Positions 53,639 through 63,272 of a DNA stretch of 64,000 bases are shown piece by piece. The stretch comes from SAR324 cluster bacterium. Its GTDB lineage: Bacteria > SAR324 > XYD2-FULL-50-16. The stretch is from assembly GCA_028282885.1 (NCBI GenBank), contig JANQGX010000089.1, forward strand, positions 18,301 through 82,300. Reading direction: 5' to 3'. The notes under the pieces are model-generated. The model did not search any database. It was not told the origin of the DNA and saw only the letters and a program-made list of their open reading frames with translations. Within the stretch, counting starts at the first letter, position 1; every line of letters begins with the position of its first letter. Made by a program: the position numbers and the translations under genes.

Positions 53639-54853
53639 ATGTCACCGGAAAGTGAAAAGTTTAAAAAACTCAGGAAAAAGGCTGAAAAAAGCCTTCAGGT
53701 TCGTCCGGTTGAAAACGAATCTGTTGATTTGAATGAAGCGAAGAAGCTGCTTCATGAACTGCGGGTTCACCAGCTTGAACTGGAAATGCAGAATGATGAG
53801 TTGAAACAAACCTATAAGGAACTGGAAAAAGCGAAGGACCGGTATGTATACCTGTTTGACAATGCTCCCACCGGATATGTCATTGTCAACTCTGCAGGGA
53901 TTATCAAGCAAGCCAACAAAACCTTTGCCGATATGATCGGTCAAGATCTGTTAAACCTGAAGGAAAAGTACTTTACGACGTTGATTGCAGAAGAGCATCT
54001 GGCTCACTTTGTTAGCCGATTTAAAGCTTTCTTCAAACAGCCTGATCATAAAACCATTGACCTTCAACTGACCTTGAAAAAAAACCCACCTGTCTGGGTT
54101 TCGCTGGAAGCCAATCGCCCGGTGGATCAAAATCACTATTTTGATGAAGAAAACCTGCTATTATCGGTCGTTGACATCAACCAGAGAAAAGCTGATGAAG
54201 AGCAGATAGAAAGATCTCTGAAAGAGAAGACCACACTTCTGCAGGAAATCCATCATCGGGTTAAAAACAATATGCAGGTCATTTCCAGCATTTTGAGTCT
54301 GCAAAAATTATCAACCGAAGACGAAAACGCCAGGACGGTACTCCGGGACAGCCAGATGCGGGTACAGGCGATGGCTTTCATTCATGAATCCCTGTACAAT
54401 GCTGATAATCTTCATGAAGTAAATCTGCAGCACCACCTGGGTCGATTGGTGAGTAACATTCAATCACACTACTCCAATATAGATAGTCCGATTAATATTG
54501 AAATCCAAATCGAACAGATTACTATTGATGTCAAACAGGCCACCCCTCTAGGCATGATTATAAACGAGCTTGTTTCCAACTGTTTTAAACACGCCTTCCA
54601 CAAGGATCGATCCCGTGAAGTAAAAATCGAATTAATCCGCAAGAAAGGGAACGTTATCAACCTGATCGTCGCTGATAATGGGATCGGTGTTCCTCACGAT
54701 TTCAGTCTGGAGCGATCCGCAAATCTGGGCCTCAGACTTGTCAAGATTCTGGTCGAAGAACAGCTTGATGGGATCCTGACAGTGACCGGTAATGAAGGAG
54801 CCCGATTTGACATCCAATTCAAGGACATGCGTTCAGAGAACCCTGAATGGTGA
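53639..54853 (+). CDS. PAS-HisKA_2 histidine kinase
   Basis: [18 protein letters not shown] and DNGIG. Confidence 0.92.
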   Translation: MSPESEKFKKLRKKAEKSLQVRPVENESVDLNEAKKLLHELRVHQLELEMQNDELKQTYKELEKAKDRYVYLFDNAPTGYVIVNSAGIIKQANKTFADMIGQDLLNLKEKYFTTLIAEEHLAHFVSRFKAFFKQPDHKTIDLQLTLKKNPPVWVSLEANRPVDQNHYFDEENLLLSVVDINQRKADEEQIERSLKEKTTLLQEIHHRVKNNMQVISSILSLQKLSTEDENARTVLRDSQMRVQAMAFIHESLYNADNLHEVNLQHHLGRLVSNIQSHYSNIDSPINIEIQIEQITIDVKQATPLGMIINELVSNCFKHAFHKDRSREVKIELIRKKGNVINLIVADNGIGVPHDFSLERSANLGLRLVKILVEEQLDGILTVTGNEGARFDIQFKDMRSENPEW

Positions 54854-55191
54854 GAGTATCGGGACTGGGAACCCCATGAACCGCACTTGCACTCGCAATC
54901 ATCGAAAGAAAAACCTAACGATTTGGAATATATTGCAAAAAGAGGACAACAACGATGCCATGTAAAAATTTCACTGTTTCAGAACCAAAGATGACCAATC
55001 CTTCGATATACCCTGAAAAGACTCAAGCACTGGACAAATCGGTACTGCTGATGGCTCTTGATTTTCGTGCTGTATTCAGATTGACAATCAAATTGAACGA
55101 ACAGCTCAACGATTAAATCCAGTCCAATCAGAACATCTGGTATTTCTATAAACAACAACATAACAATTCCACTTTTGCTATAGCCACTAAA

Positions 55192-58100
55192 ATGAGTGAA
55201 GGTCAAAATTATAACGAAATACTTCGTAAGAGAGCGGAGAAACAGATCAACAGAGACGAAACCGAAATAGACGACCTCGACCGTGAAGAGCTGAAGAAAA
55301 GGCTGCACGAACTCAAGGTCTTTCAAGCTGAACTTGAACTCCAGAATGAAGAGCTCCGTCAGACCCAAATTGAACTGATCAATGCAAAAGATCACTATTC
55401 CGACCTGTATCACAAGGCCCCCGTCGGTCACATTACAATAGATAGCCAGGGAGTGGTGAATGAAGTCAATTCATCCTTTGTGGAACTGATTGGCAAACCG
55501 TTGGAAAAAATAACCGGTTCCCATTTCTTTCGATACGTTAAAAGCTTAGATCAAGCGAGATACCTTGGTTGGTTTGATGGATTAAGCAAAAGAAAGGGAA
55601 GCGATTACCTGGAGCTTAATCTCGATCATGAGACCCAGCCGGAATTGCGTGTGCAAATATATGGCAGATGCATAGAAACTAGCTCTCATGATTTGCCAGT
55701 AACGCCCAAATCACCTGATGTAATGCTGACCGTTATCGATGTGACGGAAAAATGGCTCTGGCATCGAGAACTGGAAAGAACAAACAACTATCTGAACCGT
55801 GCCATTGAGACTGGAAATCTGGCTTGGTGGCATATGGACGCTAAAACGGGGATCGTTCATTTCCACCGTAAAAAAACCGATATGCTGAAATACCCGTATG
55901 AAGAGTTCGAAGGAAAAACCTACCACGTCTTTACTGATCTCCTTCATCCGGAAGATGAACCCGTCGCCGTACAAGCCATGCGAGATCATCTCGAAGGAAA
56001 AAAAACCGTTTATGAAGTTGAATATCGAATCAAGTCAAGCGATGGCCAGTATTACTGGTTTCGTGATTTCGGGAAAATCTCCGAATACTCAGATGACGGC
56101 GTTCCCCTTAGTCTGACAGGTATTGTCATCGACATCACCAGTCAGAAAAAAAGCCAGCAGATTTTGGAAGAGAGCGAACGAAAATACAGGCTCCTGGCAG
56201 AAAACACCAAGGATCTGGTCTGTCTCCATGAACCGAACGGATCTTATCTCTATATTAGCCCATCTGTAGAAGCTATGACCGGATTTACGCCGGAAGAACT
56301 CATCGGTCGAAACGCTTATGAATTTTTTCATGAAGCGGATATTGAAAGAATCAGGAAGGAATCCTATGAGGCCAGTCTTGAGAATCGGCAGATTGACAGC
56401 ATCGCTTACCGCTTTCGGAAAAAAGACGGCAGTTATCTCTGGATGGAAACCAGCACTATCCCGATTCTGGATCCATCAGGAACAGTTGCTCAATTGGTGA
56501 CTTCATCCAGAGACTATACGGTTCGCAAAGCAATGATGGACTCATTGAGCACGGAACGCTCCTTGCTTAATGCCACTTTTGATGCAATTCGGGGTGGTAT
56601 CATTATTATCGATAACAATCTCAGAATCATTAAAATCAATAAAACCATGCAGGAATGGTCGGGAAATGAACTTATAGGTCTTCAATGCAGAGATGCTTTT
56701 CCCGATTGCCCCGGTTCCTGCGAAAACTGTCAGACACAGCAGGTCATGCAGAACCGGGAATACAGGCATAGAATTCTGCATTTTACCGCACAAAAGGGAG
56801 ATGACAAAGTTCTGCATCTTCATAGTTACCCGCTGGTCGATGGAGAAACAGTTACCGGAGTTGTGCAGTTTGCCGATGATATCACCGAAGTTACCAGAAT
56901 TCAAAAAGACCTGGAAAAAAGCGAGCATCGCTGGCGAACCGTCTTCGAAAAGTCAAAGGAAGGGATTGTCATGGCGGATCAGGAAACCGCTCATTTTCAA
57001 TACGCCAATGCGGCATGGTCGGAACTGACCGGCTATGATCAATCAGATCTCACAAATCTGACGATTACTGATATTCATCCGATTGAAAACGCTAAAGAAA
57101 ACAGGGAATTATTTGTCAAAGCCGCTAACGGTGAAATTGATCATCTGCCTGAAATTCAAATCAAACGCAAAGATGGTGAGCTCTGTTGGGTAGAACTGTC
57201 CACCTACCCCATCACGCTGGAAAATCAGAACTACCTGGTAGGCGCTTTCCGCGACATCACTGATAGAAAACTCACCAGAGATGCTTTGAAAAAGAGTGAA
57301 GCGCTCTCCCGTTTCATTCTTGACAGCTCACCGGACTCCATGTTCATCATTGATCGCCAGACAATGCAGTTTGTCGATTGCAACAAGGAGGCCTGCCACT
57401 CACTGGGATTAACACGTGAAGAGATGCTCGCCAAAGGTCTTCATGATATTGAACCGAATTACACCAAAGATGAACTGGCTGCTGTTTTTGATGAGATCAT
57501 TGATTGTTCTTCCCGTAGCGGACGCATCGAAACCATACACATAAAGAAGGACGGCAGCACCCTGCCCGTCGAAATCTTTATAGGGGCCGCACGTCACGAC
57601 GATCGAGTCCTCTTGGTTGCATCAGCACGTGATATCACGGATCGGCTTCAGGCCGTCTCAGCTCTCAAAGAGAGTGAAGAGAGATACGCCATGGCTCAGG
57701 ATGTCGCCAAGGTGGGAAGTTGGGAGTGGATAATCGAATCCGGCTCGGTTTTCTGGAGCGAGGAAGCTTACAGAATCTTTGGACAAGACAAAGAGACGTT
57801 TGAGGTCACTTACGAATCTTATATGGAATGCCTGCATCCGGATGACAGGATTATCATTAGCGACAGCGTTGAGAAACGCTTATCCGGAGAAGGAGAATAT
57901 GATGTGGAGCATCGTATCATTCTTCCTGACGGTAGCATTCGCTGGGTAGCATCCAAAGGGGGCCTGGCACTGGACGAACAGGGAAATCCTGAACGCATGG
58001 TGGGTATTGTGCAGGACATTACCGATAAAAAACAGGGTGAACAAAGAATGCGATTGCTCTCCTACGTGGTTGAGCATAGCCCGTTTCTGATTATTTTGAC

Positions 58101-59574
58101 TGATCCGAAGGGAGATATTGAGTATGTCAACCCGAAATTCACTGAAATCACCGGCTATTCAGCAGAAGAGGCATTAGGTAAAAACCCGAGGATCCTGAAG
58201 TCAGGCATCAAAAAATCCGAAGAATACAAAGAGATGTGGCAAACGATCACATCAGGTCGTGAATGGCGAGGTGAAGTCTATAACAAGAAAAAGGATGGAA
58301 GTTTCTATTGGGCCCAGGTTTCCATCGCCTCCATCTCTTCAGGAAACAGGAAAATTTCCCACTATATCGGTATCCAGGAAGATATAACAGACCGCAAACT
58401 GATGGAGATGGAACTGATTAAGGCAAAAGAACAGGCAGAAAAAGCCAATCAGGCCAAATCCACTTTCCTGGCCAGCATGAGTCATGAGTTGCGAACACCC
58501 CTGAACTCCATACTGGGTTTCTCACAAATCCTCAGAAATAATCGAAACCAGACCCTGTCCGACAAAGAACTCACCTATGTCTCCAATATACTTATCTCGG
58601 GTCAACTGTTGCTGGAACTGATTAACGATGTTCTGGATCTCTCCAAAATCGAATCCGGTAAGTTCGATATCTCTCTTGAGCCTGTCTCTTTAAAAACCGT
58701 TGTTGCCGAGGCGTTTGATCAGGTTGGATCCCTGGCGGCCAAACACGAGGTTAAAGTCATTATAGACAAAAACACCCCGGATGAGTTTGTGCAAGTCGAT
58801 AACAGGGGGATTAAACAGGTCCTGATCAATCTCCTCTCCAATGCCATCAAGTACAATAAAAAAGGTGGCGAAGTACGAATCGTCGGCTCTTTGCCCAATC
58901 CTGATCAGATCATTGTTGCTGTTTCCGATACAGGCCCGGGAATAACCGAGGAGAAGCTGGAACTGCTGTTCCAGCCTTTTAATCGCTTGGGTGCAGAATC
59001 TACCAATATTGAAGGAACAGGAATCGGGTTAACCATCACCAAGCGCCTCATTGAAATGATGAAAGGTGAAATCACGGTTGAAAGCGAACCGGGAAAAGGA
59101 AGTGCTTTCCAATTACTGTTACAGCGAGCTGAAAACCCGGGAATAGTGACAAAAGAGAAAGCAGCCCAACCGGATGAAACCGCTGGGCCTCGTCTCCAAG
59201 TGAAAAGAACCGTGCTCTATGTTGAAGATAATACGGTCAATTTGAAACTAATGGAAAGTATCCTGGGATCATTTCAGAACCTTAAGCTGATATCCGCTTC
59301 CAATGCCGAAGAAGGTATAGCAAAGGCCAAATCTCATAAACCGGATGTTGTCCTGATGGATATTAATTTACCCGGAATGGATGGATTCAAAGCCCTGCAA
59401 ACGCTTAAGGAATCAGCAGAAACAAATAAAATTCCTGTTATTGCTGTGACAGCCAATGCTATGGTTGGGGATTCTGAAAAGGCGATTGAAGCGGGTTTCT
59501 ACGACTACATCACCAAACCGATACAGGTCGGACGCTTCAAAGAAATCATCGGAAAGTTGCTGTTTGATTTTTAA
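55192..59574 (+). CDS. Cytoplasmic multi-PAS (~8) hybrid histidine kinase
   Basis: Repeated PAS/PAC units ending DIT, MSHELRTPLN, GTGIGL and C-terminal REC LMDINLP. Confidence 0.93.
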   Translation: MSEGQNYNEILRKRAEKQINRDETEIDDLDREELKKRLHELKVFQAELELQNEELRQTQIELINAKDHYSDLYHKAPVGHITIDSQGVVNEVNSSFVELIGKPLEKITGSHFFRYVKSLDQARYLGWFDGLSKRKGSDYLELNLDHETQPELRVQIYGRCIETSSHDLPVTPKSPDVMLTVIDVTEKWLWHRELERTNNYLNRAIETGNLAWWHMDAKTGIVHFHRKKTDMLKYPYEEFEGKTYHVFTDLLHPEDEPVAVQAMRDHLEGKKTVYEVEYRIKSSDGQYYWFRDFGKISEYSDDGVPLSLTGIVIDITSQKKSQQILEESERKYRLLAENTKDLVCLHEPNGSYLYISPSVEAMTGFTPEELIGRNAYEFFHEADIERIRKESYEASLENRQIDSIAYRFRKKDGSYLWMETSTIPILDPSGTVAQLVTSSRDYTVRKAMMDSLSTERSLLNATFDAIRGGIIIIDNNLRIIKINKTMQEWSGNELIGLQCRDAFPDCPGSCENCQTQQVMQNREYRHRILHFTAQKGDDKVLHLHSYPLVDGETVTGVVQFADDITEVTRIQKDLEKSEHRWRTVFEKSKEGIVMADQETAHFQYANAAWSELTGYDQSDLTNLTITDIHPIENAKENRELFVKAANGEIDHLPEIQIKRKDGELCWVELSTYPITLENQNYLVGAFRDITDRKLTRDALKKSEALSRFILDSSPDSMFIIDRQTMQFVDCNKEACHSLGLTREEMLAKGLHDIEPNYTKDELAAVFDEIIDCSSRSGRIETIHIKKDGSTLPVEIFIGAARHDDRVLLVASARDITDRLQAVSALKESEERYAMAQDVAKVGSWEWIIESGSVFWSEEAYRIFGQDKETFEVTYESYMECLHPDDRIIISDSVEKRLSGEGEYDVEHRIILPDGSIRWVASKGGLALDEQGNPERMVGIVQDITDKKQGEQRMRLLSYVVEHSPFLIILTDPKGDIEYVNPKFTEITGYSAEEALGKNPRILKSGIKKSEEYKEMWQTITSGREWRGEVYNKKKDGSFYWAQVSIASISSGNRKISHYIGIQEDITDRKLMEMELIKAKEQAEKANQAKSTFLASMSHELRTPLNSILGFSQILRNNRNQTLSDKELTYVSNILISGQLLLELINDVLDLSKIESGKFDISLEPVSLKTVVAEAFDQVGSLAAKHEVKVIIDKNTPDEFVQVDNRGIKQVLINLLSNAIKYNKKGGEVRIVGSLPNPDQIIVAVSDTGPGITEEKLELLFQPFNRLGAESTNIEGTGIGLTITKRLIEMMKGEITVESEPGKGSAFQLLLQRAENPGIVTKEKAAQPDETAGPRLQVKRTVLYVEDNTVNLKLMESILGSFQNLKLISASNAEEGIAKAKSHKPDVVLMDINLPGMDGFKALQTLKESAETNKIPVIAVTANAMVGDSEKAIEAGFYDYITKPIQVGRFKEIIGKLLFDF

Positions 59575-59625
59575 CGAATAGTTAGTGTTCCGGATATCTG
59601 GCTCAATTGAATGAAACAATAACTA

Positions 59626-60699
59626 ATGGATTCAATACAAAAGTCTCGAATTCTCGTCATTGATGACAAAAAGCAGAATGTCGCCCTCCTCGAGGACCTG
59701 CTAATGGATGCAGGGTATTCCAATATTGTCGGCTCAACGGACTCCAGAGATGCTTTGGATCTCTACAAGGGGTTCGAACCGGACATTGTGCTTCTCGATT
59801 TGAACATGCCCTATTTTGATGGATTCCAGGTAATGAAGCAGCTACAGGAACTGGAAAAGGATGAATATGCTCCGGTATTGGTCCTGACAGCGATGAAGGA
59901 GGAGGATGTCAGGTTAAAGGCCTTAGGCTCTGGTGCAAAAGATTTTATTTCAAAACCGTTTAACAGAACGGAAGTCCTGCTCCGTATTCAAAATATGCTC
60001 GAAGTTCGCTTGCTAAACCGCAAGGTGAAAGAACAGAACAAGCTGCTTGAAAATCAAAACACTATCCTCGAAGAAAAAGTCCGGGACAGAACCCTTGAGC
60101 TAAAAGAGACCAGGTTGGAAGTCATTAACCGGTTGGGAAGAGCAGCAGAATACCGCGATAACGAAACCGGGTTGCATATCATCAGGATGAGCAAAATGAG
60201 CAAAATCCTGGCTTTGGCTTCAGGCATACCAGATGATGAAGCGGACATTATCCTTCATGCCAGTCCCATGCATGACATCGGAAAAATCGGCATACCCGAT
60301 CGGATTCTCCTAAAACCGGGAAAACTCAATGATGAAGAATGGGAGATCATGAAGACCCATACCACCATTGGAGAAAAGATTCTTGAAGGTCACCCCTCAC
60401 AGCTCTTGAAAACAGCCAGGGAAATCGCTGTTTCTCATCATGAGAAATGGGATGGATCGGGCTACCCCAAAGGAATTGAAAAGGATCAAATCCCTGTTTC
60501 GGGTCGGATCTGTGCTTTGGCTGATGTTTTCGACGCTTTAACTTCGGTACGCCCCTACAAAGCTGCCTGGTCTGTGGAAGATGCCGTGGAAGAGATTCGC
60601 AAAGGGGCGGGTAAAAGCTTTGACCCCGATTTGGTGGAGATTCTGATCAACGAAATCCCCCAAATGAAGCAGATCAAAGATCAATACCGGGAGCCGTAA
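59626..60699 (+). CDS. REC-HD-GYP cyclic-dinucleotide phosphodiesterase (RpfG-like)
   Basis: MHDIGK, HHEKWDGSGYP and ADVFDALTSVRPYK. Confidence 0.95.
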   Translation: MDSIQKSRILVIDDKKQNVALLEDLLMDAGYSNIVGSTDSRDALDLYKGFEPDIVLLDLNMPYFDGFQVMKQLQELEKDEYAPVLVLTAMKEEDVRLKALGSGAKDFISKPFNRTEVLLRIQNMLEVRLLNRKVKEQNKLLENQNTILEEKVRDRTLELKETRLEVINRLGRAAEYRDNETGLHIIRMSKMSKILALASGIPDDEADIILHASPMHDIGKIGIPDRILLKPGKLNDEEWEIMKTHTTIGEKILEGHPSQLLKTAREIAVSHHEKWDGSGYPKGIEKDQIPVSGRICALADVFDALTSVRPYKAAWSVEDAVEEIRKGAGKSFDPDLVEILINEIPQMKQIKDQYREP

Positions 60700-60825
60700 A
60701 AACAGTTGATCCTGAAAAGCCGGCGACATCCGGCACTCCGAGATGGTTCATGTCCCGGTTTGATCGGCAGACAGCCATATCCCCATTGCCAGTTCCAGCC
60801 CCTGAATACAACGAAGCTCGGGGCC

Positions 60826-62094
60826 CTACTTTTCTTTAATCATTTTAATATAATCGCGGACGAACATTGCCACAGCTGTGGTGACAGGCACAGCTATGAT
60901 TGCACCTATGATACCGAGGAAATGCCAACCAATAATCAAAACCATCATCACAATAATGGGGGATAGTCCAACAACGCGTTTCATTACCGTTGGCACCAGA
61001 ATGTTTCCCTCAACCGTCTGAATAACAACATAAAAAATCAGCAGCTTAAGCACAACGATCCAGGATATGCCAAAGGCGATTGGCAGCGAAAAAGCCAGGA
61101 AAATGAGCGGGCCGATATAGGGGATCATCTCACCGATCCCCATGATTAAAGCAAGGGTTAAAGCATATTTCTCCATACCGATGGCAATCAGGCTGACAAA
61201 GGTCAACACAAACATAATCAGTGCCAGCAGGAATGTACCGCGTAACCAGGCACCCATTTGATCCTGAATATCCTTGATTCGAGTCGTGATAAATGAACTA
61301 TAGCGTTTGGGAAAGAGAGACTGAAAGAAATCATAAAGGTTGTTTCGATCCACCACCATAAAAAACACCAGGAAGAAAACCAATACCAGGCTAAAGAAAA
61401 ACTCGGCTATGGTGACAGTGACTGAGGTAACCCCAGCACCAACTGCACCAACAGTTGTACCCACGCCACTGGCCAAATCTTTTATCTGTTCGGTGAAGTT
61501 GGAGAAGTTATCGATTAATTGGGTAAATGCCACCTCAATATTGATTGACTGAACTCCGGTTTGAACATAAGTACGAATTGTTTCCGGCAGAAACTCCAGT
61601 CCCTCACCGGATTGGATATTTCGAAACAATTCTTGAAAATACTGTCCAAGACTGGTGGCGATCAAAGCAACCTGTTCGATTATAATAGGAACGGCTGAAC
61701 CAATAACAACCACGAAAATGCTGAAGAACAGCAATAGAATTAAAATAACTCCTATCGAACGAGGAATTCGACGTTTCTCCAACCAATCGACAAATGGTTC
61801 CAAAGCAGAAGAGAAAAAGATGGATATAAAAAACAGAACCAACAGGTTGCGAATCTCATAAAGAAAATAGCCCAAAACGAGAATTGATAAAATAACCAGT
61901 GTCGATTTAGCAACCGACTTGGCGGAGACATGCACTGTCTGAACAATCTCCGTTTTATTCACCTCCTCCATCTCTTCAATATCATCCGTTTCGGGAAAGG
62001 TCAGTTTCTCAATCTTCTTTTTTTGGTGAAGCTCTTCCTGTATTTGCTGCAGCTTTTGCAAAAGCTCCTTGGTTCTATCGATAAATGTCGGCAT
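60826..62094 (-). CDS. AI-2E (PerM) family transporter
   Basis: Multi-TM protein with EPFVDWLE, IPYIGP, QTVEGNILVP and GIIGAIIAVP. Confidence 0.9.
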   Translation of the reverse strand: MPTFIDRTKELLQKLQQIQEELHQKKKIEKLTFPETDDIEEMEEVNKTEIVQTVHVSAKSVAKSTLVILSILVLGYFLYEIRNLLVLFFISIFFSSALEPFVDWLEKRRIPRSIGVILILLLFFSIFVVVIGSAVPIIIEQVALIATSLGQYFQELFRNIQSGEGLEFLPETIRTYVQTGVQSINIEVAFTQLIDNFSNFTEQIKDLASGVGTTVGAVGAGVTSVTVTIAEFFFSLVLVFFLVFFMVVDRNNLYDFFQSLFPKRYSSFITTRIKDIQDQMGAWLRGTFLLALIMFVLTFVSLIAIGMEKYALTLALIMGIGEMIPYIGPLIFLAFSLPIAFGISWIVVLKLLIFYVVIQTVEGNILVPTVMKRVVGLSPIIVMMVLIIGWHFLGIIGAIIAVPVTTAVAMFVRDYIKMIKEK

Positions 62095-62309
62095 GGATCA
62101 GTCTCTTTTTGATATTCTTATGTGAAATTAGAGAAATCTGTTTAGTCTTTTTCACCTCTAATACTCGGAAGACCTCCTTTAAATTTGACTGATGTTCCCG
62201 TATTCAGTCAAACAAACCTCCAACTGGGGCACAGCAAAAAGCTGTAGGTAACAGGAATCGTAAAGAGGACGAATGATTGGCACATCCGACCTATTACAAC
62301 TCCCTTTAG

Positions 62310-62328
62310 AATCATGATTATCATCATC
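62310..62328. promoter_or_regulatory. Putative Fur box
   Basis: AATCATGATTATCATCATC matches GATAATGATAATCATTATC at 15/19. It lies in the divergent region upstream of a heme-degradation gene. Confidence 0.5.
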
Positions 62329-62771
62329 TCGACTATCATTAGCACGGGATTGTTGTAATCATCCGGATTATATCCTCCGGAACTGAAGCAAAGATACGCC
62401 GATCCTCTTCACTACGGGCAGCGAAGGCGGCTGAAGACAATATTGCGAGCCAGTTTGACTTATCGGCCACTCCCCCAAAAGGAGTCATATTTTGAGAAAC
62501 CGGTCTAACCCGACTACCTTGATTTGGATTCTATGTTTAACCGGCCAGTTACCTCAGATAGAAATACAGAAGGACAGTACCCTGACCGAAAAAAAAACGA
62601 ATTCTGAATAAGTGTTTTGAACTCTTACTTCATAATCAAACCGGGTTCCATATTAAATATTTCAGCACTACGGTTTTTTGAACTAATTCGTAGTATCTAA
62701 AAAAATCAATCCTTTATCGATATGTCATTTTATAACAACTGCATTCCATCATGCATAATCAATAATTCGTA

Positions 62772-62834
62772 TTGACAAATTTCTAAGCCTTCAACTATTG
62801 TTTCCATAGTATTCTTATATACTAATTATATAAT
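62772..62834 (+). promoter_or_regulatory. Sigma70-like promoter elements upstream of the Com-like gene
   Basis: TTGACA (62772-62777)-N18-TATTGT, plus a TATAAT at 62829-62834. Confidence 0.5.
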
Positions 62835-62840
62835 TCTCAC

Positions 62841-63026
62841 ATGGATATAACTAAACTCAAATCGTCAATACCGACGCATGGTGACTGCATTAAGGCAGTT
62901 GATCAAGAAAGTCTTCAAGAAATCCGTTGTAAAAAATGTCGGAGATTACTGATGAAAGGATCAGTCACCTACATCGAAATCAAATGTCCAAAATGTAACA
63001 GCATACAGAAATTCAGGAGTGTCTGA
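62841..63026 (+). CDS. Mu Com-family zinc-ribbon protein
   Basis: EIRCKKCRRLL...IEIKCPKCNSIQ fits the Com pattern RC..C.KLL...EIKCP.C. Confidence 0.85.
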   Translation: MDITKLKSSIPTHGDCIKAVDQESLQEIRCKKCRRLLMKGSVTYIEIKCPKCNSIQKFRSV

Positions 63027-63072
63027 GTAGGCACTCCTGAATGACAAAAAGCAGAGCCCTTCGAGAGCCTTC
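63011..63072 (+). promoter_or_regulatory. 14-bp RNA hairpin over the Com stop codon followed by an AGAGCC direct-repeat motif
   Basis: ATTCAGGAGTGTCT-GAGT-AGGCACTCCTGAAT (63011-63042), then CAGAGCCCTTC-GAGAGCCTTC. Confidence 0.55.
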
Positions 63073-63272
63073 CAACCAGAGGAATCTTAATTCCCAGCCA
63101 AGCTGTCTAACGGTATGTAAGTTTAAAACATCGACCTGAATTTCACCATTCTTCCCATCAACCTGTTTACTAATATTCAGAAGTACCTAAGTAACCAATT
63201 CTGAAACAATCCTGGTTTTATGGTGATTCCTGCTATCGAAAGAAACTGAATACCCTCAATCGCAAACATAGA

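Noticed and set aside
62095-62840. c-di-GMP or cobalamin riboswitch
   Set aside because: Core consensus elements were not found by eye on either strand; an Rfam scan is needed to exclude them fully.
62841-63026. Prophage remnant
   Set aside because: No mom, structural, integrase or other phage genes nearby.
63041-63139. 32-aa ORF MTKSRALREPS... between the Com-like gene and hutW
   Set aside because: No accessible RBS and no motif; the overlapping sequence is better explained as an RNA element.
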